Of a DNA stretch of 64,000 nt, positions 39,201-51,217 are shown in pieces. The stretch is from Octopus sinensis (lineage: Eukaryota): the NCBI RefSeq assembly GCF_006345805.1, contig NC_042997.1, positions 65,348,001-65,412,000 on the forward strand, given 5' to 3'. Numbering within the stretch: the first letter of the stretch is position 1; each line of letters begins with the position of its first letter. The notes under the pieces were generated by a model. That model searched no databases. It had not been told where the DNA came from and worked only from the letters and a program-made list of their open reading frames with translations. Made by a program: the position numbers and the translations under genes.

Positions 39201-39530
39201 TCATTGAACTCAATTGGTCGACCGAACTTGAGGAAAAAATGATCCATCCTTGAAGTCAAAATTCCCATTTTTGAAGAGCGAAAACCAACAGCTGGCCATA
39301 CTATGAGGCATTGCTCCTTCTCCAAACACAGCACAAATCTCACAAGCAGCTTCGTCGGGTTTAACACTTCGAATGAATTCAAAAAGGAAATGGCGTCGAA
39401 AATGATGAGTTTTGTTCACTTGACCTTCCATTTTAATTATGTAAAAATAGACAAAAATCAATAAAATCAAAAGCTCCAAACACACAGTCTTGTAGGGCAA
39501 AAACATCTCTTTCAAATAACAAAACATTTT
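39200..39530 (-). mobile_element. Second mariner 5' fragment, opposite orientation
   Basis: MEGQVNKTHHFRRHFLFEF...AACEICAVFGEGAM...WFSLFKNGNFDFKD...GRPIEF. Confidence 0.8.
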
Positions 39531-39590
39531 CTATGTATGTATGTAAGTATGTATGTCTGCATGTATAGTGTTATATGTATGAATGGATGT

Positions 39591-39661
<71 letters not shown>

Positions 39662-39690
39662 CACGCACACACACACACACACACACGCAC

Positions 39691-39738
<48 letters not shown>

Positions 39739-39756
39739 ATATGTATAAGTATATAA

Positions 39757-40418
39757 ATCAGGTCGTCCCATATGTTCTGTCCGAATTTGGAATGAAGGAA
39801 ACAAGTGATCAATGTTATATTTCATTGAAATCTAATCATCAATGTACTTTCTCTCTTTATCTATGACTTCCTTTCATCTATTTACAAGCTTTTTAATCCC
39901 ATGAATGTAAAACTCTTTTGATTTCAAAGCGAAGAACTCTGAAATGTCAGTTTCGACCTCCTCCTGGCTTGCGAAATTTATGTTACCCCAAATGTAAACT
40001 ACGAAACAAATGGTAGCCTCACGGAGCAAGGTCGAAAGAATAAGATGGATGATCTTCATCTTCAAGGCTGAAATCTCCACTTCTGAATTTTGCAAACCAT
40101 CTTCTGCAAGTTCTTTCATTCATGCATTCTTTCCCATAAAATGAGTGTATGTTTCGAGTCGCTTCGGCTGCAGATTTTCCTTTTTTGTACTTATAAGGCA
40201 TTATGTGCCTTAAATGCTCTTTGGATACTTCCATGTTAGAAACGGCTTTAATCAAAGAAATTTTAATTCTATTATTTTCTAAAATAATATCTAATTAGCT
40301 TAAATGTACACAAATGCATAAAAATAATTTAAATTCCATTAGACATTCTAAAATCCTTTTAAATTTCATTCAAATTTGAAAAAGCTAAAATCGGACAGAA
40401 CTTATGGTATGATCTGAT
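39757..40418 (-). mobile_element. Internally deleted mariner element with both TIRs
   Basis: TIRs ATCAGGTCGTCCCATATGTTCTGTCCGA / TCGGACAGAACTTATGGTATGATCTGAT; N-terminus MEVSKEHLRH...RRWFAKFRSGDFSLED joined to C-terminus EFFALKSKEFYIHGIKKLVNR. Confidence 0.9.
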
Positions 40419-40947
40419 ATATAATACATGTGTATATATATATATATAGGTTTGTATATATGGGTATATATTTATAGACATAAATATAGATACATATAGG
40501 ATATATGTAAGTGTGTGTGTGTGTGTGTGTTACCTTAGGTAAGGAATTTTCCAATAAAGACATACTGCCTCTATTTCATTTCATTTACTAGTTACTCATC
40601 AATAAGTTAGTAAGTGGCCAGTTTCCCAATCGATTCCTTGTGCAATCGTTTGATCCATTCAGTATTCAGTTCTGTTATTATTAGCTTTCGTTGTCTTCAG
40701 TGATACCATAATTCCAATGTTCTCATTTATGAGGTCAGCTACGAAGTATCGAACTATTCAACATATTTTACATGAGGCTTGTAATGCGTCAAAGTCTCTG
40801 TGCGTGAATATGAGGCTACAGTTGCGTAGTGCAAATGAGGAGCGGACTTGCGTGCGAGCGCTTACGAGCTTGCTTACTAAATGCCGCGATAGGATATTAT
40901 ACGTGGGTATGTCAAATTCTTTCACTCACAAGTACATATATATATAT

Positions 40948-40980
<33 letters not shown>

Positions 40981-41020
40981 CACGCACACACACACACACA
41001 CACACACGCACATATATATA

Positions 41021-41055
<35 letters not shown>

Positions 41056-41073
41056 ATATGTATAAGTATATAA

Positions 41074-41735
41074 ATCAGGTCGTCCCATATGTTCTGTCCG
41101 AATTTGGAATGAAGGAAACAAGTGATCAATGTTATATTTCATTGAAATCTAATCATCAATGTACTTTCTCTCTTTATCTATGACTTCCTTTCATCTATTT
41201 ACAAGCTTTTTAATCCCATGAATGTAAAACTCTTTTGATTTCAAAGCGAAGAACTCTGAAATGTCAGTTTCGACCTCCTCCTGGCTTGCGAAATTTATGT
41301 TACCCCAAATGTAAACTACGAAACAAATGGTAGCCTCACGGAGCAAGGTCGAAAGAATAAGATGGATGATCTTCATCTTCAAGGCTGAAATCTCCACTTC
41401 TGAATTTTGCAAACCATCTTCTGCAAGTTCTTTCATTCATGCATTCTTTCCCATAAAATGAGTGTATGTTTCGAGTCGCTTCGGCTGCAGATTTTCCTTT
41501 TTTGTACTTATAAGGCATTATGTGCCTTAAATGCTCTTTGGATACTTCCATGTTAGAAACGGCTTTAATCAAAGAAATTTTAATTCTATTATTTTCTAAA
41601 ATAATATCTAATTAGCTTAAATGTACACAAATGCATAAAAATAATTTAAATTCCATTAGACATTCTAAAATCCTTTTAAATTTCATTCAAATTTGAAAAA
41701 GCTAAAATCGGACAGAACTTATGGTATGATCTGAT
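41074..41735 (-). mobile_element. Duplicate of the deleted mariner at 39757-40418
   Basis: Identical sequence inside the tandem duplication. Confidence 0.9.
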
Positions 41736-42246
41736 ATATAATACATGTGTATATATATATATATAGGTTTGTATATATGGGTATATATTTATAGACATAA
41801 ATATAGATACATATAGGATATATGTAAGTGTGTCTGTGTGTGTGTTACCTTAGGTAAGGAATTTTCCAATAAAGACATACTGCCTCTATTTCATTTCATT
41901 TACTAGTTACTCATCAATAAGTTAGTAAGTGGCCAGTTTCCCAATCGATTCCTTGTGCAATCGTTTGATCCATTCAGTATTCAGTTCTGTTATTATTAGC
42001 TTTCGTTGTCTTCAGTGATACCATAATTCCAATGTTCTCATTTATGAGGTCAGCTACGAAGTATCGAACTATTCAACATATTTTACATGAGGCTTGTAAT
42101 GCGTCAAAGTCTCTGTGCGTGAATATGAGGCTACAGTTGCGTAGTGCAAATGAGGAGCGGACTTGCGTGCGAGCGCTTACGAGCTTGCTTACTAAATGCC
42201 GCGATAGGATATTATACGTGGGTATGTCAAATTCTTTCACTCACAA

Positions 42247-42307
<61 letters not shown>

Positions 42308-42384
42308 GCATTTAGACGTACTCACATACGCACATCCATCCATTCATACATATATACATAAATGCATACATACACATATATTAA

Positions 42385-42590
42385 CACATTAATGCATAGC
42401 GTCCAGAAACATGGACGCAGAAAAAATACTATTATTTGTTAAGTAAACAACTTATTGAGCTTATTTTTGGTGTAGCCTGCCTCTATGAGTGAGCAGGCGC
42501 TACGTACAAACGAAAGAACTATACACATGTACGAAACAAGTAATATTATGATTTCCTGCGTAAATTTCCTCGATGCTATGCATTAATGGG
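42385..42590. mobile_element. piggyBac-type MITE
   Basis: TTAA flanks on both sides; TIR CACATTAATGCATAGC / GCTATGCATTAATGGG with further imperfect sub-terminal symmetry. Confidence 0.75.
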
Positions 42591-42749
42591 TTAAGATAGT
42601 GCTATCTGTGGGTATTGAGTTATTTTGACTCTCATTTCTAGCAATGCAGGTACTACGTAGTGATGTCTATAATTTTTGCCTTCAGATTGTTATATTGCTA
42701 ATAAGCTACCCATTTTATTTGTTGTATATATATATATTATTTTATTCTT

Positions 42750-43045
42750 TTACTCTTTTACCTGTTTCAGTCATTTTCACTGCGGCCATGCTGGAGCACC
42801 GCCTTTGGTCGAGCAAATCGACCCCAGAACTTATTGTTTGTAAGCCTTGTACTTATTCTATCGGCTTTTTTGCCGAACCGCTAAGTTACGGAGATGTAAA
42901 CACTCCAGCATCTGTTGTCAAGCGATGTTCTGGTGACACACACAAAAACACACACACACACAACATATATATATATATATATGGTCGGCCCGAAGCTATA
43001 GTAGAAGACACTTGCCCAAGGTGCCATGCTGTGGGACTGAACCAA
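42750..43045 (-). mobile_element. SINE family A, internally deleted
   Basis: Reverse complement of the family A tail, body and head (GAAGACACTTGCCCAAGGTGCCA..GTGGGACTGAACC). Confidence 0.85.
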
Positions 43046-43059
43046 GAACAATGCAGGTG

Positions 43060-44520
43060 CTATTCACATCTTTTTACTTCCGATATGTTTCAAAGAAAAC
43101 ATCGGTATTATTCCAGAAGTAATAAAATGGTGTAAAACAATGCAATATTCTCATCAGCGACAGGAAGAAAATGTCAAAAAGACATTTTAACAGAATGTGA
43201 TGACTGTGTATATGATGAAGGGAACGCTAGCAAGTGCATTTAAAAATAAAACGTTAGGAGATATAATATCAAATGTAGTTTATAGAAAGAGGAGGTGAAA
43301 GAAAGAAATAAGCAGAAAACTAATAGTGAAGCGATATAGAACGATAGTTGAATAGAAATAAAACTTAAAGCCATGGAAGTAGATATAATTAGGGGAAGTG
43401 AAATGTAAGAAGACACTCAAAGGTCGAATATCATAAAATGGTAGGAATCACTTATAGGATTTAAAGGTATATTTTTGCCAATGTTTGCAACGATAAACGC
43501 GTTCTATAAACGTGTTTACAAGAGAATTCTCTAGAAACAGGATGAAATACATTTCACTGTTACAAAGCGAACAAAAGGATTTACCTTTATCATACGGAAA
43601 AGATATAGATAGGATATTCTATTCCAAATTAACTTGTTTCTTATGAACCTTTAGCTACCAAATTAATTTACTAAGCCCATTATTGTTACGTTTATTGATA
43701 TGTCTAAACGTAGAGTAATGATTAGATTTTCTTTTGGGCAACTGAGATGAAGAACAACCTATATAAAATATGACGTCGGAATCGCAAGTGATTTTACATT
43801 GATAAATAGAGTCTTAGAATTGCTGCTAAGCAAACGAATGCGATTGGAATCAACATCAGAAACATTAACACCGCTGCTATTATTATTTAAAGAATGGCTA
43901 GTGTTAACAAAATCAATGATATTATTTTCATTAAGTGGATTTTTATTTAACAACTATAATTGTGCGAAGAGATGATTTGTGAATGATTTTTGTGTTAGAA
44001 AACCATATCCTGATTCGGTGTGAATTTCTTGTGAAATTCTTTTCTATAGCCTCCCGAACCTGATAAGGGAGGTTGAATTTGATCTGCTTGCGATATGAAT
44101 TTATTAACCAAACAGTTTTTCAAGGACATACCTTGTTAAAAGTCCTCGATGTACCTTTATAACGAAAGAGGGTCTTAAATAACGGTTATCTCCCTTACGC
44201 TGCAGAATTACATTACTCGATTTTGTGTATTCGAAATAGAATTAATATTGTTAATATCGTTATGACTTGATTTCATGTCCTGATTAACAGAGGCAGAATT
44301 AATGTCAATAGGGTTAATATAGGTATTTTTATAGCCTGCTATGTAAGGCAGAGTCATAAAATTCAGCTTTATCGTTGAAGATATCAACATTAGCAGATAA
44401 CGTAGGAAGTCTAAGTGAAATATGCCTAACTAAATTCTTTGTAATACCGTTAGCGTGATTACTGAAAGAGCTATTGTATTTCAAATTAGTTGACGGTTTA
44501 TAGTATGGGAAATATGAATC
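43060..44520 (-). mobile_element. Decayed Penelope-like element (RT thumb, GIY-YIG, 3' region)
   Basis: YFPYYKP...SNHANGITK...ISLRLPTLS; IYQCKI...FYIGCS...KRKSNHYSTF...GLSKLIW...PYDKG..FCSLCNSE; hammerhead-like TTACTTC...GAAACATATC-GGAAGTAA near 43075-43125. Confidence 0.85.
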
Positions 44521-44558
<38 letters not shown>

Positions 44559-44599
44559 CAATAGACGTCGTATTAAAATAAGAGACACTGATAGATTGA

Positions 44600-45030
44600 G
44601 AAACGTGTCCAGGCAGTACCCTTTGTCTCCAAGGCACCAACAGGCTCCAGGCGCATGGTTTGTAAGTCATGGTGTGTTTCAGATCCGAAATTTTCAGCAA
44701 ATGCCAGCATATGGACGAATTTCTTTTGTCAAACTGGAAGAGACCACCCTCACTGAAATGAACAGCTGTCGCGCGGATTTGGACTCCACTTCATTGAATT
44801 ATTCTACACCATTTTAATTATGATTTCTTCAGTCATTGGGGACATAACATTATTCTTCTTTCTCTCATTTCTTCCTCCATTTTTGTTCACCCTTAGTAAT
44901 CAAATTCACCTTTTTGCTTCAAACTTTCTTTTCGCGGTTTTTTATGCACCAGCATCCTGCTTTTCAAGTAGAACAAAAACAGTGCCCAGCGCCTGAAATC
45001 TGCTTGAAGATATAGGCACGTTACAGTTTC
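44600..45030 (-). pseudogene. Possible decayed pogo/Tigger transposase N-terminus
   Basis: Frameshifted HFSEGGLFQFDKRN resembles the CENP-B HTH F.AS.GW...FK.R motif; weak. Confidence 0.3.
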
Positions 45031-45595
45031 TTGCCTTTATAACAGTCGCAAGAAACTATTAGTAGCTCTTATTTTAAGATTATGACTACCCCTCATTTGA
45101 TGAGGTACATTTTTGTCGATCCTTCTTTAATGAAGTAGTGTTAGGGCTTTATATTAGTACATGGTATTGAAAGATTATTGATATGTTTCTATGATTTTTA
45201 TTCACGGATTCCATATACTTCACACTGGCCAAAGGGATTTTATATTGATAGTGACTCGAGTGCGAGATACTGACAAGATGCAAAACACGACGAAACGTGC
45301 ATTTGTGACATTCACGGTCGCTTGCTGGACAATTTTGTTACATCTACTTCGGAAGCATTTACTTTTCTTTTTTAGTACAAGCCTATAAAAGGAACTTCCC
45401 TGGGACAACTGCAGCCTTTGACTTTTCTTGTATTGATAAAGCTTTTAATCCACAACTGTTTCTTTTTCATATGTGTGTGTCTGTGTTTGTGTGTTTGTGT
45501 ATGTGTATATGTGCATATATGTATGTAGTTACATACTTATGCATGCATATATACATGTGCATATGTTTATCTGTCTATATGAATATATGTATATG

Positions 45596-45665
<70 letters not shown>

Positions 45666-45721
45666 CATACATACATGTATATATATATGTATCTGTGTAT
45701 GTATGTATGCGCGTATGTATT

Positions 45722-46060
45722 TACGAGGTCTGATCAATACGTATCCGTACTGTTGCCATAGTAAGGACGTTAAAGCACGTAGAGTGAAGCTGCTTGGCGC
45801 AGTTGACCTTGAATTCTACTGTGCATGCGTACTATGTTTTAACGCTCTAGCTCACTTCCGCTGTTTACAGCAGTGTTTGAGAATAACGTTAGCGTTTGAT
45901 CGTCGCATTGACCATGACAGAGAAAGTCGTCATGGGGATACCTGCTCAGAAACCTATGCAAAGTTGCAGAAAATATATGAAGAGTAGTGTATGAGCCGTA
46001 CAGAAGTTTGCGAGTTCTTCAGGTTTTTCAAAGACGTCCGAAAGAATGTCAATAGTGACG
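45722..46060 (+). mobile_element. Mariner 5' fragment
   Basis: Mariner-like end TACGAGGTCTGATCAATA; peptide [40 protein letters not shown]. Confidence 0.75.
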
Positions 46061-46064
46061 ATTG

Positions 46065-47310
46065 GTTGATTCTTTCCATTTCCTTCCCATACGAGAAAGG
46101 CAATGAATTCTGCCAACTCTGTAATGGTGAACTACTTTATATTCTATTTTCTAAATGTCCCCTTGTAAACACGTTTACAGAGAATGCTTATCGATGAAAA
46201 TATTGGTAGAAACATACCTTTAGTTCATATAAGTGATATCTACCATTCTATATAATTTGAACATTGATTGTCTTCTTACATTTCACTTCCACTTGATATA
46301 TCTATTTTCAAGCCTTTAAGCTTTTATTTTAATTCACATATCGCTCCATATTTCTTCTTTATTAGTTTTCTGCTTATTTCTTTCCTTTACCCTTTCTCTT
46401 TCTATAGACTACCATTGACATTATATTGTTTCACACCATTTGTTCTTTTGGAATAATACCAATGTCATCTTCGAAACATATGTCGGAAGTAAAAGAATTC
46501 GAATAACACCTACGTTTAACTCCATTTATTTTTATGTATATATATATTACAAACTATTTCATATGAACCCGGAGTTTCTACCTTTACAAACAGGGTGTTA
46601 CGTCCTTATTACTTGTGTGATTTTTTGCTGCCCTGGTAACTGTTTATTTTTTTCCATGTTCATTGTAAACAAGGGGAAAATACATACATCTATTTATATA
46701 TACTTCAACCAGGTTCCCTTATAACCTGCTAATAAAATAGTTACCGCATATGGAGTTATTTAATATAAACACCTCTCTTAAGGATATGCCCATTCCCCCA
46801 AATAATGCTTTCTTTAAGCAACTCATTAATGAGACAAATTCCTTTTATTAACCATATCAGATAGCTCACTTTTGATATAACTTTTGAATTTAAGAAGTTA
46901 TTTAAATCTAAAAACAATCCACCACCTAACCCAAGATGGAAACAGTTTGAAGATGATTTTTGATCTATTGTGAGGAATGTAAAATTTCAACGTTCACCCC
47001 TAAAGAATAAACATCTGAGGTATCTTCACAATATCACCAAGGAATTTCATAGCATGAATAGTATACTGGTTCAATCAGATAAAACGGGGAACCTGTACAA
47101 AGTTATCAAGGACTATTACCTAGAACTGCTTAAAAAAAGAAATTATAAATAAACTATAGGATTACCGGTAAAGGTACACTCAGGAAAGCCCACCTTGTGG
47201 CTAAAGAACTTATGGAAAAGTATAATTTGCAGAAGAAGACAGAACCACTTGATCCTAAGCAACCTCTTTTTGTTTTAAAATATCGTAAACAATTTTTTTT
47301 TCACAACCCA
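46065..47310 (+). mobile_element. Penelope-like tandem junction: GIY-YIG C-terminus, pLTR, start of next ORF
   Basis: ILSISFPYEKGNEFCQLCNGE...VNTFTE (homologous to 43.5 kb); CGAAACATATGTC-GGAAG at about 46472; then FKSKNNPPP...FEDDF...ILVQSDKTGNLYK. Confidence 0.8.
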
Positions 47311-49539
47311 TCCTGCTCTGTTCCGGACAGCTCTTTTGAAGAACTCGACTGTAGCTTAACCTGAAGTGTAATAGTACTCTGTTGCAACCATGTTACCCTA
47401 TGTAGTTTTTGGATCAATTAAAGTATCGATGCAGTCGAGGAGTTCTACTTATTAGTGTAATACTGTGTCTCTGAAGAATCTATATAATCTATATAACGTG
47501 CTATTTAGATATATAGTGACTTTTACAAATGTTGTTTTCCAATATATATTTTAGAAAGCAATAAGGATAAGTTGTACACCTATCCTTATTGCTTTCTAAA
47601 ATATATATTGGTATTTTTCGGTAAAACAGAACGGGCCATGTGCTTGCATATATTTATAACTACATATTTCTTTAGTTTACTTTACTCGCCACTACTGTAT
47701 ACCCCCAATACAATAAGACAAGTGCCTGATATACGATGCATACATAATATATCGACAAAGAATCAAAGCATAAACCGTTGAGCGTTATCATAGTTAATAT
47801 CGCACACAGCCTGCCTCATTTAATTAAAATTTTTGATTTATCTCGAAGCCGAACCGTGCAAAGGCAATTAAACACAGTTGGAAATTTCATGACATGGCTA
47901 CAAGCGAACACGATGTGAGAGAGACACACGATGCTCGGAAGCCAGCTATCGGCATAAACACGTTAACACTACACGTTTTTTCTTTCAAATTGTCAAATTC
48001 TATAAACTCTATCGAAACGAAAGATACTTTGAACCAATGAGTAAACTTCTTACGCGGTTGAGTGACCCACTAGAAAGTGTAGCCAGATTTCCTCACTTGA
48101 TGCCGAAGGACTTTTTAAAACGGAATGTACTGGATATTAGCTTAAATGTGCAAAATGCGTGATGTTCAAGGCGGAAGCACATTCGAAGATATGCCTGCTT
48201 AATCAAAGCTAACATGGTGCTAAAAAGCATCAACAACTGAAGCATTTTCTTGCATAATAAATGGAATATATTTAATCTTCATAACAATTCGTTCTTTATG
48301 TATCTATATCTAAATGAAGGCCATTCAGACAACTTGTGCAAGTTACTAACGTTTGGCCCTTGGCACCTTATAATATATATGTATGTGATTTGACTAAAAA
48401 TAAAAATAATAATTAATATCATGTACTTTTTAGAACTATCAATGTAAAACAACTTTCCAAAAGGCCAAAATAATAGATTTATACTATACCAACATACACT
48501 ATGATAAAACTGGAGATGATAAAACTGCCACTCGAAAACCAAATTTATATTAAATAACATTCAAGAATAATAACTGTTTTATTTATCGTAGTTTTGTTTT
48601 ATTTATTCGAAGATTATGTGTCACAATGTTAAATATCGGTCGACTGGAGCAAGTATGAGGTCTGAGAAAACAGAAAGGTAACATATAGTATATGGTGACC
48701 TCACTAACTCCTTTGATTCTGTTATCCAGGAAAGACATTGCTTACAACCTTGTCCAATGTTGGGAATGATATTCTTTTAGAATCATATAGTGACCCATAT
48801 GAAAGAGGGCAAAAACATTGGAAAGATTAATTTAAACAATGGAACAATTCAATATTGTGTGTGATATTTTTTCATTGCTGGTAATGTGTCCGTAATACTT
48901 TCTAGTACTTCTAAGCCAAAACACTCATAGAGTGCACAGTAGAAGAGTAATAATTCAATCATATATGCGGGATTGTTTGCAAAGAGATGAAGTGTTTAGT
49001 TATATGTAAATCATTTAGTGATAGTTTGTTTTCCTTTTATTTCTGGTCAACGTATATTTTCCGAAATTCTTAATTGATGGTTAAATGATCCTATTTTCTT
49101 CTAAACAAAAGAGAGGGCGTCACAAAAGTAGATGTACTCAAAACTACTTAAGAGAATATGTTTTAAAGCAATCTCATCGGACGTTTATTTAAACACCAAC
49201 TCATGTCTATCCCAAGACAGATACACTTGGTTCACACTTACAGATTTGCACTAAATGCTTTAAAATACATCTGCACGAAATCAAACCCCAAGCATTCAAT
49301 TCTGATCACAATGTTCCATTAACCAGCAACTGTCATCTCTTCATATTTCCATTCCGGAATGTTATCTTTCTTTCGTTCTGCTGTTACATTCATTTCCTTC
49401 TTTTTCGTCTTACACTCTTCTTTCCATCTCCATATACTCCTTATTACACTATATATATACAAGTGCGTAGACATATATATGATTGCTTCTATTAACATAA
49501 TATATATACATACACACACATACATACAGATATATAGAC

Positions 49540-49572
<33 letters not shown>

Positions 49573-49573
49573 C

Positions 49574-49649
<76 letters not shown>

Positions 49650-50277
49650 ACGTGTGTGTATCTGTAAGTGCGTGTTTGTATGAGAGATAATGAGTTAAGT
49701 ACTAAATTACATTAATACAATCTAAGCATAACTACAACAAATATATCATCATTCGTTGCGAACGTCCATTTAGATTATGTAATATCAATAATTTTCAGTT
49801 CAATTATGTAATACAATTGTTCAAATATTATTTAACTGTAGTTTCACCTAATGAAATGCATTCATTTTGATGTATGAATGATATGCTGCTCTGAAGACAT
49901 TGCCCTTAACCCTAGAAACATGTATTTATTCTTGTAACCTCAAGTCATTAATCACAACATATACATCTTAAGCATATCCATAGATCATTATTATATGTAA
50001 ATATATCTTACAAACTCATATGCATATATAATTATAAACATACATTGAATATATATTTATGGAAGTGAAAGGCTAGCTTAATAATTTCCGTCAGAAATGA
50101 TCACAATGGAACTAATGCGCTACATGATGATTGGGAAAACCAATAAGTTAGCTATCATTACTATTTGGAAGAGGAAGCAGATATGGTAACTTTGAATATG
50201 CTTAGAGATTAACCTGGGGAGTAAAATTTCTCAATCATATTTGCACGTTTATACTTTATTATTATTATTATTATTAT

Positions 50278-50315
<38 letters not shown>

Positions 50316-50644
50316 ATGGTGGTGGTGGTGGTGGTGGTATTGGTGGTAGTAGTAGTAGTAACAGCAGCAGCAGTAGGTGTAGGAGTAGTAGTAGTTACCA
50401 CCGGAATATCAGCAGCTACGTCAAAAGAGGTATATTTCCTATCCACCAGAGATATCCTCTTCAGCAACCTATTTTCCCACGTGGTTATACATTTTTTGTG
50501 ACCTCATCCTTTAGTATGAGATAATTAGTCTCATTGTACCTTTGTTGAATACCTTTACTCGAGCATTTCAATTTTCTTGCAATTTCAACTTGGGAGAGGT
50601 GGAGACAGGATTAAACTGGTGTGACCACGTGAGCGTGTTATATA

Positions 50645-51024
50645 TCTTCTTTATCTTTATCTTTATCTTTTACTTGTTTCAGTCATTTGACTGCGGCCAT
50701 GCTGGAGCACCGCCTTTAGTCGAGCAAATCGACCCCGGGACTTATTCTTTGTAAGCCCAGTACTTATTCTATCGGTCTCTTTTGCCGAACCGCTAAGTGA
50801 CGGGGACTTAAGCACGCCAGCATCGGTTGTCAAGCAATGCTAGGGGGACAAACACACAAACACACACACATACACACACACATATATATATATACATATA
50901 TACGACAGGCTTCTTTCAGTTTCCGTCTACCAAATCCACTCACAAGGCATTGGTCGGCCCGGGGCTATAGCAGAAGACACTTGCCCAAGATGCCACGCAG
51001 TGGGACTGAACCCGGAGCCATGTG
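50645..51024 (-). mobile_element. SINE family A, young copy
   Basis: Reverse complement closely matches 1-318 and includes the head GGGTTCAGTCCCACTGCGTGGCA. Confidence 0.9.
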
Positions 51025-51136
51025 GGAGAATTCACAAAAAACAAAAGACGAAGACAAGAGGTGTAGACAACAAAGAGATGTATTAGTAGTACTTATATGT
51101 AAGGATTACTCCGAAGTGGTAATAACATTACCTTTA

Positions 51137-51215
<79 letters not shown>

Positions 51216-51217
51216 GG

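Larger units (their letters stand above)
39617..42252. repeat. Near-identical tandem duplication of a ~1.32-kb unit bounded by (TA)n
   Basis: Identical ORFs at offsets 1317 and 1315; differences seen mainly in microsatellite lengths. Confidence 0.95.
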
